64,000 nt of DNA from assembly GCA_016125355.1 (NCBI GenBank), contig WGLX01000011.1:60264-124263 (forward strand). The letters are read 5' to 3'. Source of the DNA: Actinomycetales bacterium (GTDB taxonomy: Bacteria > Actinomycetota > Actinomycetes > S36-B12). The notes beneath the pieces are model-generated. The model was not told where the DNA came from. It ran no database searches and saw only the letters and a program-made list of their open reading frames with translations. Shown here in pieces: positions 60,979 to 64,000 of the stretch (the first letter of the stretch is position 1; the number at the start of each line of letters is the position of its first letter). The position numbers and the translations under genes are program-made.

Positions 60979-62193
60979 ATGAGCAACGCGGTGACGCTGG
61001 CCGACATCGAGGCGGCAGCCAAGCGGCTGGCCGACGTGGCCAAGGACCTCCCCCTGGTGACCGCGCGTTGGCTGGAGGAGGCCGTCGGGGGCGAGGTGCG
61101 CCTGGTCACCGAGAACCTCCAGCGGGCCGGCTCGTTCAAGATCCGTGGCGCATACAACCGCATCGCCCAGCTCAGCGATGAGGAGAAGGCCCTCGGTGTC
61201 GTGGCCGCCAGTGCGGGCAACCATGCCCAGGGCGTTGCTCTCGCGGCGCAGCGACTCGGGGTCCGCGCCACCGTCTTCATGCCGGAGGCCGCCAGCATCC
61301 CGAAGGTCACCGCGACGCGCGGGTACGGCGCGGAGGTCGTGCTCACCGGAACGACGGTCGACGAGGCGATCGAGGCAGCACTGGCCTTCGCCGACGAGAC
61401 GGGGGCGATCGTCATCCACCCCTTCGACAACGAGGACGTCGTCGCGGGGCAGGGCACCGTCGGTCTCGAGATCCTCGCCAAGATGCCCGAGGTGCGCACG
61501 GTCGTCGTGTGCACCGGTGGTGGCGGGCTGCTGGCCGGGGTGGCCCTCGCGGTGAAGTCCCTCCGGCCGGACGTGCGCGTCGTCGGCGTGCAGGCGCGCG
61601 AGGCCGCCGCCTATCCGGAGTCGCTGCGCGCGGGGCGTCCCACGCGGCTGCCGAGCATGGCCACCATGGCCGACGGCATCGCGGTGGGCATGCCGGGCGA
61701 CATCCCGTTCGTCATCGTGGAGAGGCACGTCGACGAGATCCGCACCGTTACCGAGGACCAGCTGTCCTCGGCGGTTCTCCGACTGCTGGAGCGGTCGAAG
61801 CTGCTCGTCGAGCCGGCCGGAGCCGCAGCGGTGGCCGGACTGCTGGCCGATCCGGCAGCGTTCGAGCCGCCGGTGGCCGTCATCCTGTCGGGCGGCAACG
61901 TCGACCCCCTCGTGCTGCTGCGGATCATCCGGCACGGACTCGTGCTCGCGGGGCGGTACCTGACGATCGCGATCCGGATGACGGATCGACCGGGATCGCT
62001 GGCCCGGCTGCTGCAGGACATCAGCGCTCGGCAGGCGAACGTCGTCGACATCGAGCATCACCGCGACGATGCGGGGCTGGGCTTCGACGAGGTCGAGATC
62101 GTGGTGCACGTCGAGACGCGCGGTCCCGATCACTGCGACGCGCTCCTCGCGCATCTGCGCGGACTCGGCTACGAGGTCCGCCCCAACCGCTGA
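60979..62193 (+). CDS. ilvA: threonine ammonia-lyase (short form, single regulatory domain)
   Basis: PLP lysine motif ENLQRAGSFKIRGA, GGGGL loop, C-terminal ACT-like domain. 404 aa. Confidence 0.9.
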   Translation: MSNAVTLADIEAAAKRLADVAKDLPLVTARWLEEAVGGEVRLVTENLQRAGSFKIRGAYNRIAQLSDEEKALGVVAASAGNHAQGVALAAQRLGVRATVFMPEAASIPKVTATRGYGAEVVLTGTTVDEAIEAALAFADETGAIVIHPFDNEDVVAGQGTVGLEILAKMPEVRTVVVCTGGGGLLAGVALAVKSLRPDVRVVGVQAREAAAYPESLRAGRPTRLPSMATMADGIAVGMPGDIPFVIVERHVDEIRTVTEDQLSSAVLRLLERSKLLVEPAGAAAVAGLLADPAAFEPPVAVILSGGNVDPLVLLRIIRHGLVLAGRYLTIAIRMTDRPGSLARLLQDISARQANVVDIEHHRDDAGLGFDEVEIVVHVETRGPDHCDALLAHLRGLGYEVRPNR

Positions 62194-62237
62194 GCGGCAG
62201 GCACGTCCACCCGCGGAGGGTGGGGCGCTGTCGCTCA
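62191..62237. terminator. putative bidirectional terminator between convergent ilvA and greA
   Basis: Nested inverted repeats: tgagcg...cgctca around ccaccc-gcgga-gggtgg. Confidence 0.35.
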
Positions 62238-62726
62238 GCCGCCGTAGGTGTCGACCTTGAGGATCTCCACCGTCATCTCCTTGCCGTTGGCCAGGGTGTA
62301 CGTCGCGGAGTCGCCGACGCGCTGCCCGAGCACCGCCGCGCCGAGGGGCGACGTTGGGGAGTAGACCTCGATGGAGGCGTGCGCGGCCTCCTCGCGGGAA
62401 CCGAGCAGGAAGGTCTCCTCCTCGTCCCAGGCCGGGAACCTGACCGTGACGACCTTGCCGGGCGCGACCTCATCGTGGTCGGCCTCGGGGGCACCGATCT
62501 GCGAGTGCTCGAGCAGGTGCTTGAGCTGCTTCACCCGTGCCTCGTTCTTGCCCTGCTCCTCGCGAGCGGCGTGGTACCCGCCGTTCTCCTTGAGGTCCCC
62601 CTCCTCGCGGGCTGCCGCGATGCGCTTCTTGATCTCCTCGCGCCGCGGTCCCTCCCGGTCGGCGAGTTCGTCCTGCAGCCGGTCGTAGGCCTCCTGCGTC
62701 AGCCAGGTGATCGCGTTCTCGGTCAT
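62235..62726 (-). CDS. greA: transcription elongation factor GreA
   Basis: ITWLTQEAYDRLQDEL...EEGDLKENGGYHAAREEQ coiled coil plus a C-terminal FKBP-like domain. Start taken at ATG 62726; the ORF-track start is 62735. Confidence 0.93.
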   Translation of the reverse strand: MTENAITWLTQEAYDRLQDELADREGPRREEIKKRIAAAREEGDLKENGGYHAAREEQGKNEARVKQLKHLLEHSQIGAPEADHDEVAPGKVVTVRFPAWDEEETFLLGSREEAAHASIEVYSPTSPLGAAVLGQRVGDSATYTLANGKEMTVEILKVDTYGG

Positions 62727-62751
62727 AACGGGCAAGGCTACCCAACACGCC

Positions 62752-62807
62752 GACTGCTACCGCATTCGTCACAAGGTTGGTCCCTTGTGACGAATCACGT
62801 AGCAGTC
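62752..62807. repeat. long-stem hairpin repeat, family D, copy 3
   Basis: gactgctaccgcattcgtcacaagg-ttggtc-ccttgtgacgaatcacgtagcagtc. Its end overlaps the stop codon of the vWA gene. Confidence 0.88.
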
Positions 62808-63999
62808 AGCGGCGACGGGAGCGCACGTAGTCGGTGACGACGTACTCGCCGAGCCGTTCGCCGGACACCGCCAGCACCCGGCCGCCGTTGCGTCGCGCCA
62901 GGCCATCGAGGAAGCGGGCCAGCCCCGGCTCGTCTCCTAGTCGGAACCACGAGATCGGCACCCGGCGCCGCGTCATCCGATCCACCTGGGCGACGGTCTC
63001 CTCGATCGTCTCCATGGACGGCGGCCACGAGAACCAGCCCTCGCCCGACGGGAGCAGGTGGGCTGTCGGCTCGCCGTCCGTGACCACCATGACGATCCGC
63101 TGGGCACCCGGGTGCCGGTCGAGGAACTGGCCGGCCAGCATGAGCGCGTGCTGGAGGTTCGTGCCCTGCACGTGGCTGGCCTCGAGGTTCGGCAGCTCAT
63201 GCGGATGGACGATCCGCGCGACGTTGGCGAACGCGATCACCTGGAGGGCATCGAGCGGGTAGGCCGTGGACGCCAGTGAGTGCAGGGCGAGCGCCATCGT
63301 CTTGGCGTCGCGCCACGTGTCGTTCATGACCATGGAAAACGACTGGTCGATGAGCAGCGCCACCGCCGCCCGCGTGACCGTCTCGGTCTCGTGCACCTCG
63401 AAGTCGTCTGCGCGCAGCCGGGCGTCGTCGGCCGGATCCACGAGCCGCCGCGTCACGGCGTTGCGCAAGGTGCGGACGACGTCGACGGGCTGCTCGTCGC
63501 CGAACTCCCACGGCCGACTGGTGCCCGTCGTCTCGCCCGAGGCGCCAGACCGGTGGATCTCGTGGTTGCCCTGAGTGGCCCCGTCGAGGGAGTCGAACAC
63601 CTCGCGCAGGGCCGTGCGCCCGATGCGCCGGATCGCCTTGGGAGACAGCTGCAGCGTCTCGCCGTCGTTGAGGAGGTACCCCTGGCGTTCCAGCTCGCGC
63701 TGCAGCTCGCGCAAGGCCTCCAGGTCGTCGCGCGCCCCCCGGCCCAGTGCCCGCTCGACGGCCTGCTCGTCGATGGTCTCCAGGTCCGTCCGCGCGAAGC
63801 CCTCGCCGAGCTCGTCCGAGAGTTGCTCCAGTTCCGCCAGCTCGGCCAGGGCTTCAGTCGCGTCCGGCAGGCCGAGCCGCTGCTCTCCGGACATCGACTG
63901 CTGCCCACTCCAGCTGAACTCGGGCCGGAGGGCCTGGAGGTTCTCCTGGAGGGCCGACATCTCCGACTGGAGGTCCAGATCCGACAGTGCCTGCTCCAT
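62806..63999 (-). CDS. vWA-domain protein (MoxR-partner type), probably 5'-truncated by the window edge
   Basis: MIDAS-like DQSFSM ... VMVVTDGEPT pattern in the C-terminal half. The ORF stays open to the last full codon of the window. Confidence 0.75.
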   Translation of the reverse strand: MEQALSDLDLQSEMSALQENLQALRPEFSWSGQQSMSGEQRLGLPDATEALAELAELEQLSDELGEGFARTDLETIDEQAVERALGRGARDDLEALRELQRELERQGYLLNDGETLQLSPKAIRRIGRTALREVFDSLDGATQGNHEIHRSGASGETTGTSRPWEFGDEQPVDVVRTLRNAVTRRLVDPADDARLRADDFEVHETETVTRAAVALLIDQSFSMVMNDTWRDAKTMALALHSLASTAYPLDALQVIAFANVARIVHPHELPNLEASHVQGTNLQHALMLAGQFLDRHPGAQRIVMVVTDGEPTAHLLPSGEGWFSWPPSMETIEETVAQVDRMTRRRVPISWFRLGDEPGLARFLDGLARRNGGRVLAVSGERLGEYVVTDYVRSRRR

Positions 64000-64000
64000 G

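Overview
This is a high-GC actinobacterial chromosome segment, Micrococcales or Streptomyces-like in gene content. It is densely coded, and most genes have recognisable functions. From left to right it holds: the end of a response regulator; lpqE-like/carD/ispD/ispF/cysS/rlmB housekeeping genes; a DUF4032 kinase-like gene with two tandem paralogous cation:proton antiporters; a gamma-glutamylation-type amine (ethanolamine/polyamine) catabolic island with an Eat-type permease; a dual-RCK K+ channel; tRNA-Thr(UGU); a translationally coupled kynurenine-pathway operon; a large maltodextrin locus (two MalE-like binding proteins, MalFG-like permeases, two GH13 enzymes and an embedded MsiK-like ATPase); groEL with two CIRCE operators; a DUF559-type gene; a second msiK-like gene divergent from a CebEFG/BglC-like beta-glucoside operon; UDG family 5; an atypical tRNA; a BI-1 family protein; msrA; an M15 peptidase; MFS and SulP transporters; an HExxH/DUF2786 pair; ilvA; greA; and a vWA gene running off the window. 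I found no rRNA, CRISPR array, transposase, integrase or obvious defence system. The least explained signals are non-coding. (1) A three-copy palindromic element family keeps its stem through compensatory changes, and two copies form an inverted pair next to tRNA-Thr. (2) A second family of about 56-nt long-stem hairpins abuts stop codons and brackets the DUF559 gene. (3) A class-I-shaped tRNA carries a UAA anticodon and is followed by a duplication of its own 3' end. (4) A perfect 36-bp x3.7 tandem repeat is seeded from the stop-codon end of an antiporter gene. All functional calls come from reading motifs in the supplied translations. No database search was run.
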